The notes below the pieces were generated by a model that worked only from the letters and a program-made list of their open reading frames with translations, had not been told where the DNA came from and ran no database searches. A program made the translations under genes and the position numbers. Positions 50,398-61,231 of a DNA stretch of 64,000 nucleotides are shown piece by piece. The stretch is from Smithella sp. (GTDB lineage: Bacteria > Desulfobacterota > Syntrophia > Syntrophales > Smithellaceae). The stretch spans positions 22,552 to 86,551 of the forward strand of contig JBDKUX010000154.1 in the NCBI GenBank assembly GCA_039679455.1, read 5' to 3'. Numbering within the stretch: the stretch's first letter is position 1; the number at the start of each line of letters is the position of its first letter.

Positions 50398-50793
50398 CTA
50401 TTGTTTATCATACGCACGTATTTCATCCAGGATAGCGGGAAAACTCATTGGCTTGCATAAATACTTATCAGCTCCCGCTTCCAAACCTTCGTTAATTTCG
50501 AAAGATTGTGCTTTGGCGGAGAGCATAAGAATCGGGATATCTTTTGTTTTATCATCTGCTTTCAGCCTCTTGCATACTTCAATTCCACTTAATCTCGGAA
50601 GTTTTACATCTAAAAGAATAATGTCCGGGAGATTTGAAAACGCCTGTTGAACGGCTTCTTCACCGTCTTCCGCCACATACACGGTATAACCAAGCTTGGT
50701 GAACTTTCTTATCAAATAAGACGATATAGGTTTATCGTCATCGACGACCAGAATTTTCTTAATTGCCACGAGCTGCTCTCCTTTCCGCAACAT
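50398..50793 (-). CDS. single-domain response regulator (receiver only)
   Basis: ILVVDDDKP...IILLDVKLP...SAK; 131 aa. It lies between the two kinase genes with 0-3 nt gaps. Confidence 0.85.
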   Translation of the reverse strand: MLRKGEQLVAIKKILVVDDDKPISSYLIRKFTKLGYTVYVAEDGEEAVQQAFSNLPDIILLDVKLPRLSGIEVCKRLKADDKTKDIPILMLSAKAQSFEINEGLEAGADKYLCKPMSFPAILDEIRAYDKQ

Positions 50794-50796
50794 GTT

Positions 50797-53298
50797 TCAA
50801 ACATTTCCGACATCTGTTAAAGGAAGACAAATAATAAAAATCGCCCCTTTCCGTTCTCCTCCCAACGGAAAATCAGGATAATACTCTTCCGGAACAGGAC
50901 TCTCACACCGTATTGTTCCACCATGCTTTTCCACGAACCCCTTTGTAATCGTCAGCCCCAATCCGCTTCCGCCGACTTTGTGAGACATGAGGCTGTCCGC
51001 CTGAAAGAATTTCTTAAATACTTCTTCTTTTGCCCACTCAGGCACTCCGTATCCATTATCAGCAACAGTAAAGATTGTCTCGTTTCCCTCTTTTGCCGTT
51101 TTTACAATGATTTTTCCTCCATCCGGCGAATACTTGATGGAATTGCTCAAAAGATTAATCATGACCTGGACCATGCGGTCTTTATCGACCGGAATATCGG
51201 GAATATCCGCAGGCACATTCTTAACGATTGTATGCCCGTGAGCTAAAGCCAGATCGGAGACTTCCGCCATTGCCCTGTCAATGATTTCCGCAACGGGTGT
51301 ACGGGAAAGATTTAGCTCAACTTTCTGCGCTTCAATTCTGGACAGATCAAGGAGGTTTTCGACAAGATGCAACAGCCGTTCAATGCCTACCTTGGCAAGT
51401 GCGAGATCTTCCCGGACCTCTTCGTCAATCTCCCCTGAATATCCCTCCAAGATACCGGATACCCCTAACATCATAGCTTGAATAGGTGTCCTCAATTCAT
51501 GGGATGCTATCGTGACAAATTCCGATTTCATTCTATCGATCTCAGATATGGCTTTTGCCATCTCGTTGAATGATTTTGCAAGCTGACCTATCTCATCTTT
51601 CGATTTTACATCAATCGATTGGTCAAAATCGCCTTTACTCATTGAAACCGCGCTTTCCGTCAATCGCCTCAAAGGACCCGTCAGATTAAAACTTATAACA
51701 ACAGACATGCCGATAATGCAAAAGCCGGCTAATAAAGAAATGATGAGAATGAGATGCCGGTTGTACAACGCTCTCTCACTGATTAACTGTCTGGTTTTAC
51801 TATTTGCATGAACAATCTCTTTCCCCTGTTCGAGAATGCTTTTTTCTATTTTGGCTTTCGTGATATTTGCGTCCTTGTGAAAATCATCAACATTGGCGCC
51901 AATTGTCACATACCCAAAGCCTCTCTTTGAGTTTCCATACGGACCGGTGTAGTAAGGAATAGCGGCATATGTAGTAAGTTTCCAGAGACCGCTCCAGAGA
52001 AGTAGGAAGGACCCTGATCCCCCGTTTTCCGTTCCTTCATGCCATCCCTGGCATTGGGGGGCGGTATCAAGCACCCGGCAATCCAGGGAAATTTCACCGG
52101 CTTTCATCTGTTCAATCGAACCTGATTTTTTCAGAGTAAAGTTGCGGAATGAAGGAAGTTTCTGTACAAATTTTTCTAAAGTCATTCCGCTTTTTTTATA
52201 ATCATCATACGTCTCCTGGCTTAACCATCCCGGCACCTCTTTTCCTGTTTGCGGATCGAAGCCGCAAATAAAAAAATCACGCGCATGGGCGACGCATTGA
52301 TCATTTACATCCCAGATAAAGGCATAATTGCCCGATCCACCGTCCGACAGAACAGTAAATCTTTCTTCCGTAGGGAATACATGGTCGGTATATTCCATTA
52401 CATGAGTGTGGTCTAAAGCCATGGTCACATAGCCTGTTTTTTTTCCTTTCTCATCATAGATGGGAGTCACCCATCTGATAATACCCTCAAATTTTTTACC
52501 GTAAGGATTCTCTTTGCCGGCGTAGGCGCTTTCCCGTTTTACCCTGATACCCTCCCTGGTTTTATAAAGCCAGCCTCTAACATAAGCGCCTATGACCCTG
52601 GAAACATAGATTTCGCCTTTTTTCAGATTTGCCAGATACGGAAAATAATCTTCCGCCCTGCAATATGTGTTTTCCTTTCTGCTTACATCAGTCAGGTTAT
52701 TGGAAATCCTGCCATCTGCAATCTTGATCTTTTCCCGGCCCTGCAAATCGATAAATGTTATCTCTTTGTAGATTGGTTTAGATACCTTATGGAAATCAAG
52801 AGGCGGAAAATTCCTCCATTCTTTATTTTCCGGGTTTCGTGTCTGAAGTTTAACGGCGCTTCTTCGAGATTTCCCGGCTTCACGAGGGTCGGTCACAATA
52901 ACATCTTTTTTTGTTGTCCGATAGACATTGAGGTACCGTTCGGGATCGGGATTAAATGACGCAAGAATCAGGATTTCCCTGTCTCTTTCATAGAGAAAAT
53001 CGGCAATTCTCGCGGCCAGCTCCACGGTTCTCAGTTCGATGGCTTCCTTCGCTTTGCGATCAAGAGCTTGTACGCTGTCCGCTATTGATGTTTTACCTAT
53101 ATCTTCCGCCGCTTTCAGGTTTTCCTTCCCCATTTCCTCGGCTCTCCGGGCTGCCTGGAAACCTGTATCAGTTAAGTTTTCCGTGGCAATGTACCCGATA
53201 ATAATCAATGGAATGACCGACAGAATCAAATAAGAAATGATCAACTTGGGCAGGATCCCTAAATTCAAAAATTTATCATATATTTTTTTAAGCATCAC
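50797..53298 (-). CDS. sensor histidine kinase with a large extracytoplasmic domain and HAMP
   Basis: A TM, about 480 aa of extracytoplasmic region, a second TM, a HAMP (GPLRRLTESAVSMSKGDFDQSI...FNEMAKAI), the H-box ASHELRTPI and an HATPase (GGSGLGLTI). Confidence 0.85.
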   Translation of the reverse strand: MMLKKIYDKFLNLGILPKLIISYLILSVIPLIIIGYIATENLTDTGFQAARRAEEMGKENLKAAEDIGKTSIADSVQALDRKAKEAIELRTVELAARIADFLYERDREILILASFNPDPERYLNVYRTTKKDVIVTDPREAGKSRRSAVKLQTRNPENKEWRNFPPLDFHKVSKPIYKEITFIDLQGREKIKIADGRISNNLTDVSRKENTYCRAEDYFPYLANLKKGEIYVSRVIGAYVRGWLYKTREGIRVKRESAYAGKENPYGKKFEGIIRWVTPIYDEKGKKTGYVTMALDHTHVMEYTDHVFPTEERFTVLSDGGSGNYAFIWDVNDQCVAHARDFFICGFDPQTGKEVPGWLSQETYDDYKKSGMTLEKFVQKLPSFRNFTLKKSGSIEQMKAGEISLDCRVLDTAPQCQGWHEGTENGGSGSFLLLWSGLWKLTTYAAIPYYTGPYGNSKRGFGYVTIGANVDDFHKDANITKAKIEKSILEQGKEIVHANSKTRQLISERALYNRHLILIISLLAGFCIIGMSVVISFNLTGPLRRLTESAVSMSKGDFDQSIDVKSKDEIGQLAKSFNEMAKAISEIDRMKSEFVTIASHELRTPIQAMMLGVSGILEGYSGEIDEEVREDLALAKVGIERLLHLVENLLDLSRIEAQKVELNLSRTPVAEIIDRAMAEVSDLALAHGHTIVKNVPADIPDIPVDKDRMVQVMINLLSNSIKYSPDGGKIIVKTAKEGNETIFTVADNGYGVPEWAKEEVFKKFFQADSLMSHKVGGSGLGLTITKGFVEKHGGTIRCESPVPEEYYPDFPLGGERKGAIFIICLPLTDVGNV

Positions 53299-53404
53299 GC
53301 TTCCTGAAAAAAATATTACTTTCCGCAGTCGAAATGATACAACACGAATGCTTACTGGTTTATATGCAATAATTGAACCATTACTTATTTACACAGAATC
53401 ACCG

Positions 53405-53440
53405 ATAAAGGCAGTAATTATGAATAATTACTGCCTTTAT
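53405..53440 (-). terminator. perfect 16-bp hairpin between recB and the kinase gene (candidate terminator or processing site)
   Basis: ATAAAGGCAGTAATTA (53405-53420), loop TGAA, then TAATTACTGCCTTTAT (53425-53440). It is AU-rich at its base but has no long U-tract on either strand. Confidence 0.45.
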
Positions 53441-53495
53441 TAAGCAAAGATCACATAATATTTTTGAGATAGGGAGTCAAGAATCCGATGCTCTT

Positions 53496-56400
53496 TTATT
53501 CATCTGTCGGCAGCATAAGTCTGTCCAATTGCCGGATCAGGGCGTAATCCGGCAAGTCAAAGTAAACCCCGTTTCCTTTGCCCGCCTCGGCGTTCAGACC
53601 GCGCAGGAAGATGTAATAAACTCCGCCGAAATGTTTTTCGTAATTGAAATTTTTCACTCTTCTTTGCAGATATTTAACCAGGGCGACAGTATAGAGCAGA
53701 TACTGCAAAACGTAGGATGACCGGGACATCGTATTTTTTAAAGAGTCAGGTACGTAATGGGCATAGCTCTCGCCGAGATAATTGGACTTCCAGTCGACCA
53801 GATAAAATCGTCCCTCGTGTTCAAAAACCATGTCGATGAATCCTTTCAAATAACCACGGGTCAAAGGAAAGTATATTTCCCGGTATAGATCCTCTTTCGA
53901 TGCAATATTATTTCTATAGAGTCCGGTATTCTCCAAAACATTTATTATTTTTCCCGCCGTAATTTCCTGCAAAGGAAAACAAAACTCTACTTCTTTCCGG
54001 CAGCTTTTTGCCGGTATCATATTTAAACTGAATTGTGCGCCTGCAAAGCCCAGCGGCATGGCGATTAATTCTTTTATCATTTTCTCAACCGCCGGAAGCC
54101 AGATTTGATCAAACCTGTAATTCGATAATTTTTCCGACACAATTGTATTTAAGTCTGTTTCATTAACTTCGGCATAATTTAAATTCTCAAGTATTTCGTG
54201 CAGCATAATACCGGTTGTTGTTCCCCGGGGAAAGGCCAGCATATTTTCCGTATTCTCCACCGCAGGTTGAGACAGGAACATATAGTCCTTATCTTCATCT
54301 TCAATTTCCCATCTTGCCTCTTCCTCATGCGGTCTGTGCATACTTGTAAGATAGGTAAAACTGGCAATTTTCCAGCTATGATCAATGCTTCCTTTGAATT
54401 GCCGAAAGTTCAGGTTTACTAATCCTTCTTTTGCCGGCCGGATTTTGATTGGCGTTATTTCTCCTATTTCTTTCAGTTGGATATCGGTGGATGCACGATT
54501 GACAAGCATATTCAGGTGTCCCAGCATTTCGTCATTACGCAATGCATCCCAGTTGCCTCCGGAAGACAAAGACTGCCGATGAAACAGATAAGCTGCCGCA
54601 CTGTCCGCCGTGTTTTTAATCTTTCCCCAGACGAAGTAGCAGCAATTTTTTGCCCTGGTGAGGGCCACATAAAGCAGACGGCAATTTTCCGCCAGAATTT
54701 CTCTGGCATATTGTTCCCTGTTGGCGGCGATCATTGCGGAACCGAGATCAGCCGTAAGCTGCCAGTTATTTTTCCCATCATGGAAGAAAAGAGGCATGGC
54801 GTCACTATTCTTCCGACCTTTTTCCCAGCCGAAGGGACAAAAGACGACGGGATATTCCAGTCCTTTGCTTTTGTGGATAGTAACTATTTTTACGCAATTT
54901 TTGTCCGTTTCCAGCCGCAGCTGTTCTTCATCCGCCGCCGTATCCGCCCGGCTGCGCATATCGTCAAGCCAGCGAAGAATTTCTGGGAAATTAAGGTTTT
55001 CCTGCTTTTGCGCGAGATGTAATTCCTGGGCCAGATGCAGATAGTTGGTGAGTTTTCTCTCACCGCCGGCAAATGTCATAAGGCGCTGCCGAACATGCTC
55101 TTTATCCAGAAAAACGTAAAACATCGTCAGGAAGCCGTGCAGGCGCCATAAATCATGATATTGCTGAAACTTAATCCGCCAGTTTGCAAGGATCGCTTCA
55201 TCTTCCAGGCAACCGGCCAAATCTTCGGCAGCAAGTTCGAAAAACGATGTAGCCAGCGCCGCCAGCAGATAACCTTCATTTTCCCAGGAAATAACTCCCA
55301 GCAAAAACCGTTTCAATTCTTCCGCTTCTTCCGAAATAAAGACACTCTCCGTACTGAGCAGCACTGAAGGGATTCCAATTTTTGTCAACTCTTTTTGAAA
55401 AGATATTGCTTCTACGTTTTTTCGCACTAACACAGCAATGTCGTTTTCCTGCAGCGGCCGGTCACTGATACGGACTTTCTTTCGATCGCTCAACTCCAGC
55501 AGCCTGGATATTTCTGCGATTACCGCGCGTGTTATAAGATCGCGGGCATCCGTAACGCCCAGCGGTTTATTATCGTCCGTCCCCGGTAAAAACCACCATT
55601 GCAGCGCATGGTTTTCTTCATCTTCGATATGCAGCTCATCGACTTGTGCGCCTTTTGCCGCCTCTACGGGGATGTATTCAATTTCTTCATAGACAAACGG
55701 CCGGGAAGGTGTTGCAAACAGAACATTGATGGCGTTGACCAGAGCAGACTCCGAACGCCAGTTTTCCTGCATCGAATATTTATAATCGATGTTTTTTGAC
55801 GCCCGCAAGTAAGCAAAGATATCGGCGCCGCGGAAGCTGTATATAGCCTGCTTGGGATCACCGATGTAAAAGACGACATTTTCCGATCTTGTATTGTTGG
55901 ACAAAAAAATTGACTGTAATATGGCAAACTGAAGGGGATCAGTATCCTGAAATTCATCAACCAGAACAGCCCTGTATTTTTTCCGCAGTACCTGTGCAAG
56001 TTTTTCTCCTCCGCTGGACAACAAGGCGTTTTGCGCCTGCACCAGCAGATCATCAAAATAAAGCACATTCTTTTTCTGCTTCATCTTAGGAAACTCGCGC
56101 AGAAGTTCTTCCAGAAACTGCTTTTTCAATCGGGCAAGTCTGTTTTCCAGCAGTTCCATCAGTTGGGCGGCAAGCAAACATAAATCATCACATAGTGCAA
56201 AAGCCTGATGCTGAGGCGTAGTCGCGCCTTTTTTTGTCTTAGAACAAAGAGCCTGTGCGCTTAGCTTGATCAGTGCCGGGGGAACAGGCAACGGAGCGTT
56301 ATCATCCAGGGCAATCCCGTCTATTTCCCCGGCAATCTTATCCACCTTTTTGCCGTATGTTCCGGCATGGAGCGCACTGCTTTGCAAAAGAGAGATTATT

Positions 56401-57104
56401 TCACTTCTCTGATTCTGCCACAGCTTTTGAAAACTGCGGAATTTCTCCTTCAACTCCTGCGCCGGGACATGTAAATCTTCAGCCGCCGCATTTTTATAGT
56501 CCGGAATTACCTGCAAAGCCGGCGTGACCATGGCCAGCTTTAACAGCTGCAGGAAATAGCCTTTATTAATGCCGCAGGAAAGCGCATAGCGGACAATCAA
56601 TGGATCGTTTTGATAAAAATTCCTGCGCCAGAAATCTTCGACAAATTCCCGCTCCAGTCCCAGCTGATTTTCGATCAGTTCGGCATCAAACATGGTGGCG
56701 CTTTCAAAGGCATTGTCCAGCAAAATACGCTGACAGAATCCGTGGATTGTATGGATCGCTGCTTCGTCAAAATTTGTCAGTGCCCGCCCCAGTCGGCTGG
56801 TAATTTTTTTTCTTTGCGATGCATCAGGATGCTGTTCTAGAACAGCCTGTAAAAAAGAATTTGCAGCATTCCCCTCAGCAAAGGCTGTTTGCGCCTCCTG
56901 CAGCATTTTCCGGATTCGCCTTTTTAACTCCGCCGTTGCCGCTTTAGTATAGGTAATGACTAAAATCTGCCGCGGCGCTAATTCTCTCTCCAGAACGAAC
57001 CGCAGATAGAGGGAAGCCAAAGCATGAGTTTTACCGGTGCCGGCGCTGGCCTCAATCAGATTCACGCCGTTAAGCGGACATTTTATCGCATCAAACGGAA
57101 TCAT
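53496..57104 (-). CDS. recB: exodeoxyribonuclease V subunit beta
   Basis: 1202 aa. UvrD-like helicase motifs (IEASAGTGKTHAL, LVDEFQDTD, TIHKSKGLE) and a C-terminal nuclease motif (GFIDMVFEHEGRFYLVDWKSN). Confidence 0.9.
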   Translation of the reverse strand: MIPFDAIKCPLNGVNLIEASAGTGKTHALASLYLRFVLERELAPRQILVITYTKAATAELKRRIRKMLQEAQTAFAEGNAANSFLQAVLEQHPDASQRKKITSRLGRALTNFDEAAIHTIHGFCQRILLDNAFESATMFDAELIENQLGLEREFVEDFWRRNFYQNDPLIVRYALSCGINKGYFLQLLKLAMVTPALQVIPDYKNAAAEDLHVPAQELKEKFRSFQKLWQNQRSEIISLLQSSALHAGTYGKKVDKIAGEIDGIALDDNAPLPVPPALIKLSAQALCSKTKKGATTPQHQAFALCDDLCLLAAQLMELLENRLARLKKQFLEELLREFPKMKQKKNVLYFDDLLVQAQNALLSSGGEKLAQVLRKKYRAVLVDEFQDTDPLQFAILQSIFLSNNTRSENVVFYIGDPKQAIYSFRGADIFAYLRASKNIDYKYSMQENWRSESALVNAINVLFATPSRPFVYEEIEYIPVEAAKGAQVDELHIEDEENHALQWWFLPGTDDNKPLGVTDARDLITRAVIAEISRLLELSDRKKVRISDRPLQENDIAVLVRKNVEAISFQKELTKIGIPSVLLSTESVFISEEAEELKRFLLGVISWENEGYLLAALATSFFELAAEDLAGCLEDEAILANWRIKFQQYHDLWRLHGFLTMFYVFLDKEHVRQRLMTFAGGERKLTNYLHLAQELHLAQKQENLNFPEILRWLDDMRSRADTAADEEQLRLETDKNCVKIVTIHKSKGLEYPVVFCPFGWEKGRKNSDAMPLFFHDGKNNWQLTADLGSAMIAANREQYAREILAENCRLLYVALTRAKNCCYFVWGKIKNTADSAAAYLFHRQSLSSGGNWDALRNDEMLGHLNMLVNRASTDIQLKEIGEITPIKIRPAKEGLVNLNFRQFKGSIDHSWKIASFTYLTSMHRPHEEEARWEIEDEDKDYMFLSQPAVENTENMLAFPRGTTTGIMLHEILENLNYAEVNETDLNTIVSEKLSNYRFDQIWLPAVEKMIKELIAMPLGFAGAQFSLNMIPAKSCRKEVEFCFPLQEITAGKIINVLENTGLYRNNIASKEDLYREIYFPLTRGYLKGFIDMVFEHEGRFYLVDWKSNYLGESYAHYVPDSLKNTMSRSSYVLQYLLYTVALVKYLQRRVKNFNYEKHFGGVYYIFLRGLNAEAGKGNGVYFDLPDYALIRQLDRLMLPTDE

Positions 57105-57107
57105 TAC

Positions 57108-60100
57108 CTACAACTCCAATTTCCCCAAATTTAAGAAAATAGGCCCCAGTATTTCCACGGCGACATTTTCAAATTCATGATCCATAGGGTCATAACCTGC
57201 GAAACAGATTTTATGGGCAATCTCCCGGGCCTCTCCTTCCACCCAGCCATTGCCGTCACCCCACCAGATTTTTCCCGCAGCCCGGAGAGCTTCCTTGCTG
57301 CTTTTCTGTTTTTGTAATAAAACCTTTGCATATTCCAAAGAAGTACGTGGAAATAATTTCAACGGTTTTTTCTGCCCTTGCCGGTAATATTCAATCAGCC
57401 TTTCCAATATTTTCCGGGCGTCATCTATTTTGCCAAACAAAAATTGTCCATCCTCCCCCAGGAGAATGCTTTTTGAAGATAAGTCACAAGCCGGATCGAA
57501 ATTAATCAGTAAATGGCTGATCCATGTTTGCAGATAGTCATTCATTTTTAAAGTAGCCGGACGATAATGAATTAGATTATTTTCAAAAATATTCTCGATT
57601 GCGCCGGTAATCCGCACATCACCGATATTAACGTCGATGGATATTTTTCCCGGTTCCCTGCCCGCAACAGATGTGCATACCAGTTCGGCAAAATCTTGCA
57701 TTTCGCTTTTCAGCGAAGCAAAATAATATTCTCCCGCCGCGCCGACAGGCAATGCGCCGGCAGCTTTTCTGATCTCATAAATTTTGGTTTCATCCGAATT
57801 TTGTATTTTTGTCTTCAGCAGATCCTGCTTGATTGAATAAGCGGAGAGATTGTCAATAGTGAACGGTTCACAATCTTCTGTTTCCTCGTTATCGCGCGAA
57901 ATTTTCAGGCAGAGCCTTTTCTCCAGAAAATACTTTACCGGATGACGATAAAAATTAATTAAGTCATTGACGGTTATTGTTTTTTCCTCAAGCGGCAATT
58001 CATTCAGCTCTTTAACCAGAAAAGGCTGTACCTCTTTTTGCTCACCGGCCAGCGCCCGTGCAGCCCGATAATTTTCCTGTGAGTAACTGTAGAGTATTTC
58101 TTGCCCCCCGAAATAATCGGGATGAAATTCATGCAAATGATGCTGTCTTGTTATTCGTGCGGAGGCGGCGATTCCGCCATCACCAATGATGAATCCTCCG
58201 TCTATGTAATCCAGCAGATCGCTCACCAGCGTGGAAGGAAGAATCGCGCTGTTGTCCTGCATGTTCTGTCCGACATAACTGATGATCAGGTTTTTTCTGG
58301 CCGACAGAATCGCTTCCAGAAACAAATACTGATCCTCGCCGCGCAGTGATCTGTCTCCCAAGCGCTTTTTCAAATCGGTCAAATCAAAGCCGGGCTTACT
58401 ATCCCTGCGCGGATAGGCTTCATTATCCATGCCGATCAAACATATCACATCGAAAGGTATGCTGCGCATCGGCAGCATCGCACAAAACGTGACGCTGCCG
58501 GATAAATAACGTGAGCTCAAAACCATGGCAGCGGAGGAATGAGAGAGATAACTTTTGATTACTTTCAGATCAACGGCTGTGTCTATTTTAGCAAATTGCT
58601 GCTCGCGGGTAATGCGGTTGATTACCTCATTGAGTTTATACAGTTGATCCCTGTATTCACCCGTTTCCGGAAAAAAATCAGCAATTATTCTTTTCAATAT
58701 TTCACACCAGTTCTCCAGTGTTTTGTGGCCTGCTGAAAGATCTTTAGCACACAGGAGCGCCGACCAGAAATCAAGAAAGTTGCCGAGGATCTCTGTTTTA
58801 TCTCCCTCTATCTCACCGTATGGGAATATACCGTTAAACAATTCTCCTCTGCGGCCATCAAGCGCCAAGCCTGCCAGCATGGAATTAAAACCGTTCTGCC
58901 ACGTATTTTGGGGAAATGCAGGCAGGTCAAATTCCATCCGGTGTTTTTCATTTACTCCCCATTTTATTTTTACCGCCGCTGCCCAGCGCCGGATCAATTC
59001 TCTGGCTGAATCGGTTATGCCGAATTTTTCCGATATGGCCTCGTTTTCCAAAAGAGATAATACTTCACCAGCGGTAAAACGACCGGCTACCAAATCCAGC
59101 AGTGCAAAAAATCCACCGGCTACGGTATTGCCGGTAAAACTCCGCCGGTCGGCAATGCTATATGGTATTTTCGGGATACGCGATTCAAAGACAGCTTCAA
59201 TGTAAGGCGCATAGGCTTCTATATTGGGTGTCATCACCAGGATATCCTTGCACAAAAGCGTGCTGTCTTTTTCCAGGAGTTTCAGCAAAGTATTATGGAG
59301 GTTTTCCACTTCACGCAGCGAAGCGTGACAGGAATGAATCTGGATGGATTCATCATCAGCCTCAATTTCACTGCGCGGCCTTCCGTCCTTACCTCGATCG
59401 CAGAGCAGATAAATATCCGCCTGAATCGCGGAGAGCAGACTTGTTTGCTGCGGCTCTTCAAACAGTTCCTCATATTCGGTAGATAGGGAGGAAACCTGTC
59501 GGAAGAAATCACGGCCGACTGATCCCAGTGACGCCAAAAGACGGTTGCCGCTTTCCAAGTGCAGCAAATCCTCACCAAAATCATCAACATTGTGCGGAAA
59601 TTTTTGCAGGGTTAAATCAATCTCCCGCCCAGATTTAATATCCGCCCAGAATTCCCGCGAGGGATTCAAATAATAAATATTTACCGGAATATGCTTTGAC
59701 AGCCGGTCAAATACATCCAGATGATACGGCGGAAGATAGGAAATGCCGAAGATTGATATTCTTTCCGGCAACGCATCCTGGCTTGGCGGCTTGTTTTCTG
59801 CCATTCGGGAAAATAACTGCCGGAGCCGCGCCTTGTGCATCCCGCCTTGATCGGCGGAGATTTTTTGCCAAAGGAGCGCCTGCCACTTTTCCTGTGGAGA
59901 GCTGATTTTCCCCTCCTCCCAAGCTAAAATCTTCTCAGGCCGGAAAATCAAATACTGGTCAAAAACAGCGGCAATTTTACTGGCAAGCCCAAACAGTTTC
60001 AATTGATCGTAACTATTTCCCAGGTAGTTGTGAACGGGCTGAAAATCATCTTCCCGCATAAGCCGGGGTAGAATATCCATAATTTTCCAGGTCAACACAT

Positions 60101-60359
60101 CTATGTTGTAGGACAAGTCCGGTTGATAGTCCGCTATAAACGCTTTAAAGACATCATCGATAAAGGCATTGGGAAAAGGAAAATCATAATTGCTGTATAT
60201 TCCATGATAGTGGGCCAACTCCAGGGAAAGCCACTTTTGCATGCCCGTACTCTGGATCACTATTGTTTCGCTGGCAAACGGAGAAGACAGCGGCGCGTTT
60301 AATTCATCCGCGAGACGCCGGGCTAATATCTCCAATTTATTGCTGACGATGATCTTCAT
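57108..60359 (-). CDS. recC: exodeoxyribonuclease V subunit gamma
   Basis: 1083 aa with a typical RecC N-terminus (MKIIVSNKLEILARRLADEL...) and the expected length. It sits immediately upstream of recB with a 3-nt gap. Confidence 0.85.
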   Translation of the reverse strand: MKIIVSNKLEILARRLADELNAPLSSPFASETIVIQSTGMQKWLSLELAHYHGIYSNYDFPFPNAFIDDVFKAFIADYQPDLSYNIDVLTWKIMDILPRLMREDDFQPVHNYLGNSYDQLKLFGLASKIAAVFDQYLIFRPEKILAWEEGKISSPQEKWQALLWQKISADQGGMHKARLRQLFSRMAENKPPSQDALPERISIFGISYLPPYHLDVFDRLSKHIPVNIYYLNPSREFWADIKSGREIDLTLQKFPHNVDDFGEDLLHLESGNRLLASLGSVGRDFFRQVSSLSTEYEELFEEPQQTSLLSAIQADIYLLCDRGKDGRPRSEIEADDESIQIHSCHASLREVENLHNTLLKLLEKDSTLLCKDILVMTPNIEAYAPYIEAVFESRIPKIPYSIADRRSFTGNTVAGGFFALLDLVAGRFTAGEVLSLLENEAISEKFGITDSARELIRRWAAAVKIKWGVNEKHRMEFDLPAFPQNTWQNGFNSMLAGLALDGRRGELFNGIFPYGEIEGDKTEILGNFLDFWSALLCAKDLSAGHKTLENWCEILKRIIADFFPETGEYRDQLYKLNEVINRITREQQFAKIDTAVDLKVIKSYLSHSSAAMVLSSRYLSGSVTFCAMLPMRSIPFDVICLIGMDNEAYPRRDSKPGFDLTDLKKRLGDRSLRGEDQYLFLEAILSARKNLIISYVGQNMQDNSAILPSTLVSDLLDYIDGGFIIGDGGIAASARITRQHHLHEFHPDYFGGQEILYSYSQENYRAARALAGEQKEVQPFLVKELNELPLEEKTITVNDLINFYRHPVKYFLEKRLCLKISRDNEETEDCEPFTIDNLSAYSIKQDLLKTKIQNSDETKIYEIRKAAGALPVGAAGEYYFASLKSEMQDFAELVCTSVAGREPGKISIDVNIGDVRITGAIENIFENNLIHYRPATLKMNDYLQTWISHLLINFDPACDLSSKSILLGEDGQFLFGKIDDARKILERLIEYYRQGQKKPLKLFPRTSLEYAKVLLQKQKSSKEALRAAGKIWWGDGNGWVEGEAREIAHKICFAGYDPMDHEFENVAVEILGPIFLNLGKLEL

Positions 60360-60453
60360 TCTGGACTTTCTATTTGCCGAAAATTTAAGATTGAAGTATC
60401 ATAATTTTCACTTTATGGTAACAACCAAAATTAATTTGGTTCGGAAGGGATCA

Positions 60454-61050
60454 ATGGTTAAAGATTCAGATTCACTACAGGATTTGATTAACAAAGCTTT
60501 TGAGCTCGGAGTCAGCGACGCCGGGATCATTTCTGCCCGATCAATCGTAGTTGAAGACCGTTTTGTCGAAATGTGTGCCACACCCCAATGTCCGGGCTAC
60601 GGTCAGTCTCCCAACTGCCCGCCTCACGCCATGAAACCCGGCAAGTTCAGAAAACTCCTGGCTCAATACGAACATGTTCTCGCCTTCAAGATTGACACCC
60701 CCACCGAGGTACTTCTTGACGACAGACGATTTGACGTAGCGAAACTCATTCATGAAATATCCGCCGTCATTGAACGACTGGCAAAAGAAAAAGGTTTTGT
60801 CCATTCCCGAGGGTTTGCCGCGGGCTCCTGCAAAATGATTTTTTGCAGGGAACAGGCAAGATGCATTGTGCTGGATAAGAATGAGGATTGCCGTTTCCCC
60901 GATAAAGCCAGACCGTCGCTATCCGGTCTTGGGGTTAATTTTCTGGAACTAAGCAGGATGATCGGCTGGCAATTTAATAAAATTACCAAAGACACCAAAC
61001 CGGACGAAGTTTCCATGGGAATGATGTCGGGAATGGTTTTGATAGGATAA
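60454..61050 (+). CDS. DUF2284-family predicted metal-binding protein
   Basis: CATPQCPGYGQSPNCPPH plus a later Cys cluster (GSCKMIFC...C). ATG at 60454 (MVKDSDSL). The track ORF from 60241 overlaps recC. Confidence 0.6.
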   Translation: MVKDSDSLQDLINKAFELGVSDAGIISARSIVVEDRFVEMCATPQCPGYGQSPNCPPHAMKPGKFRKLLAQYEHVLAFKIDTPTEVLLDDRRFDVAKLIHEISAVIERLAKEKGFVHSRGFAAGSCKMIFCREQARCIVLDKNEDCRFPDKARPSLSGLGVNFLELSRMIGWQFNKITKDTKPDEVSMGMMSGMVLIG

Positions 61051-61072
61051 ACTCGTAGATAAAATCAAAGCT

Positions 61073-61231
61073 TTGTTTCTTGCGATAGGGAGTGAATTGA
61101 TAGAAGGCAGGGTTTTGCGTGCAGGGTTTAAAAAAGTGATTTACACGCCGACTTCAACCGTCCCTACCAGTAAGGAAGCTGAGATAAGTAAGAACAGCGT
61201 ATTAATTTCTGGAACAACTGGAGGTAAAACC
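61073..61231 (+). pseudogene. possible degraded hicA remnant, in frame with hicB
   Basis: It occupies the slot where hicA normally sits. The frame reads ..SELIEGRVLRAGFKKVIYTPTSTVPTSKEAEISKNSVLIS.., which loosely resembles HicA (..ELIK.L.K.GF..V....vP.h.gkel..gtl..I). However, it lacks the GSH catalytic region, an ATG and a stop. Very tentative. Confidence 0.2.
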
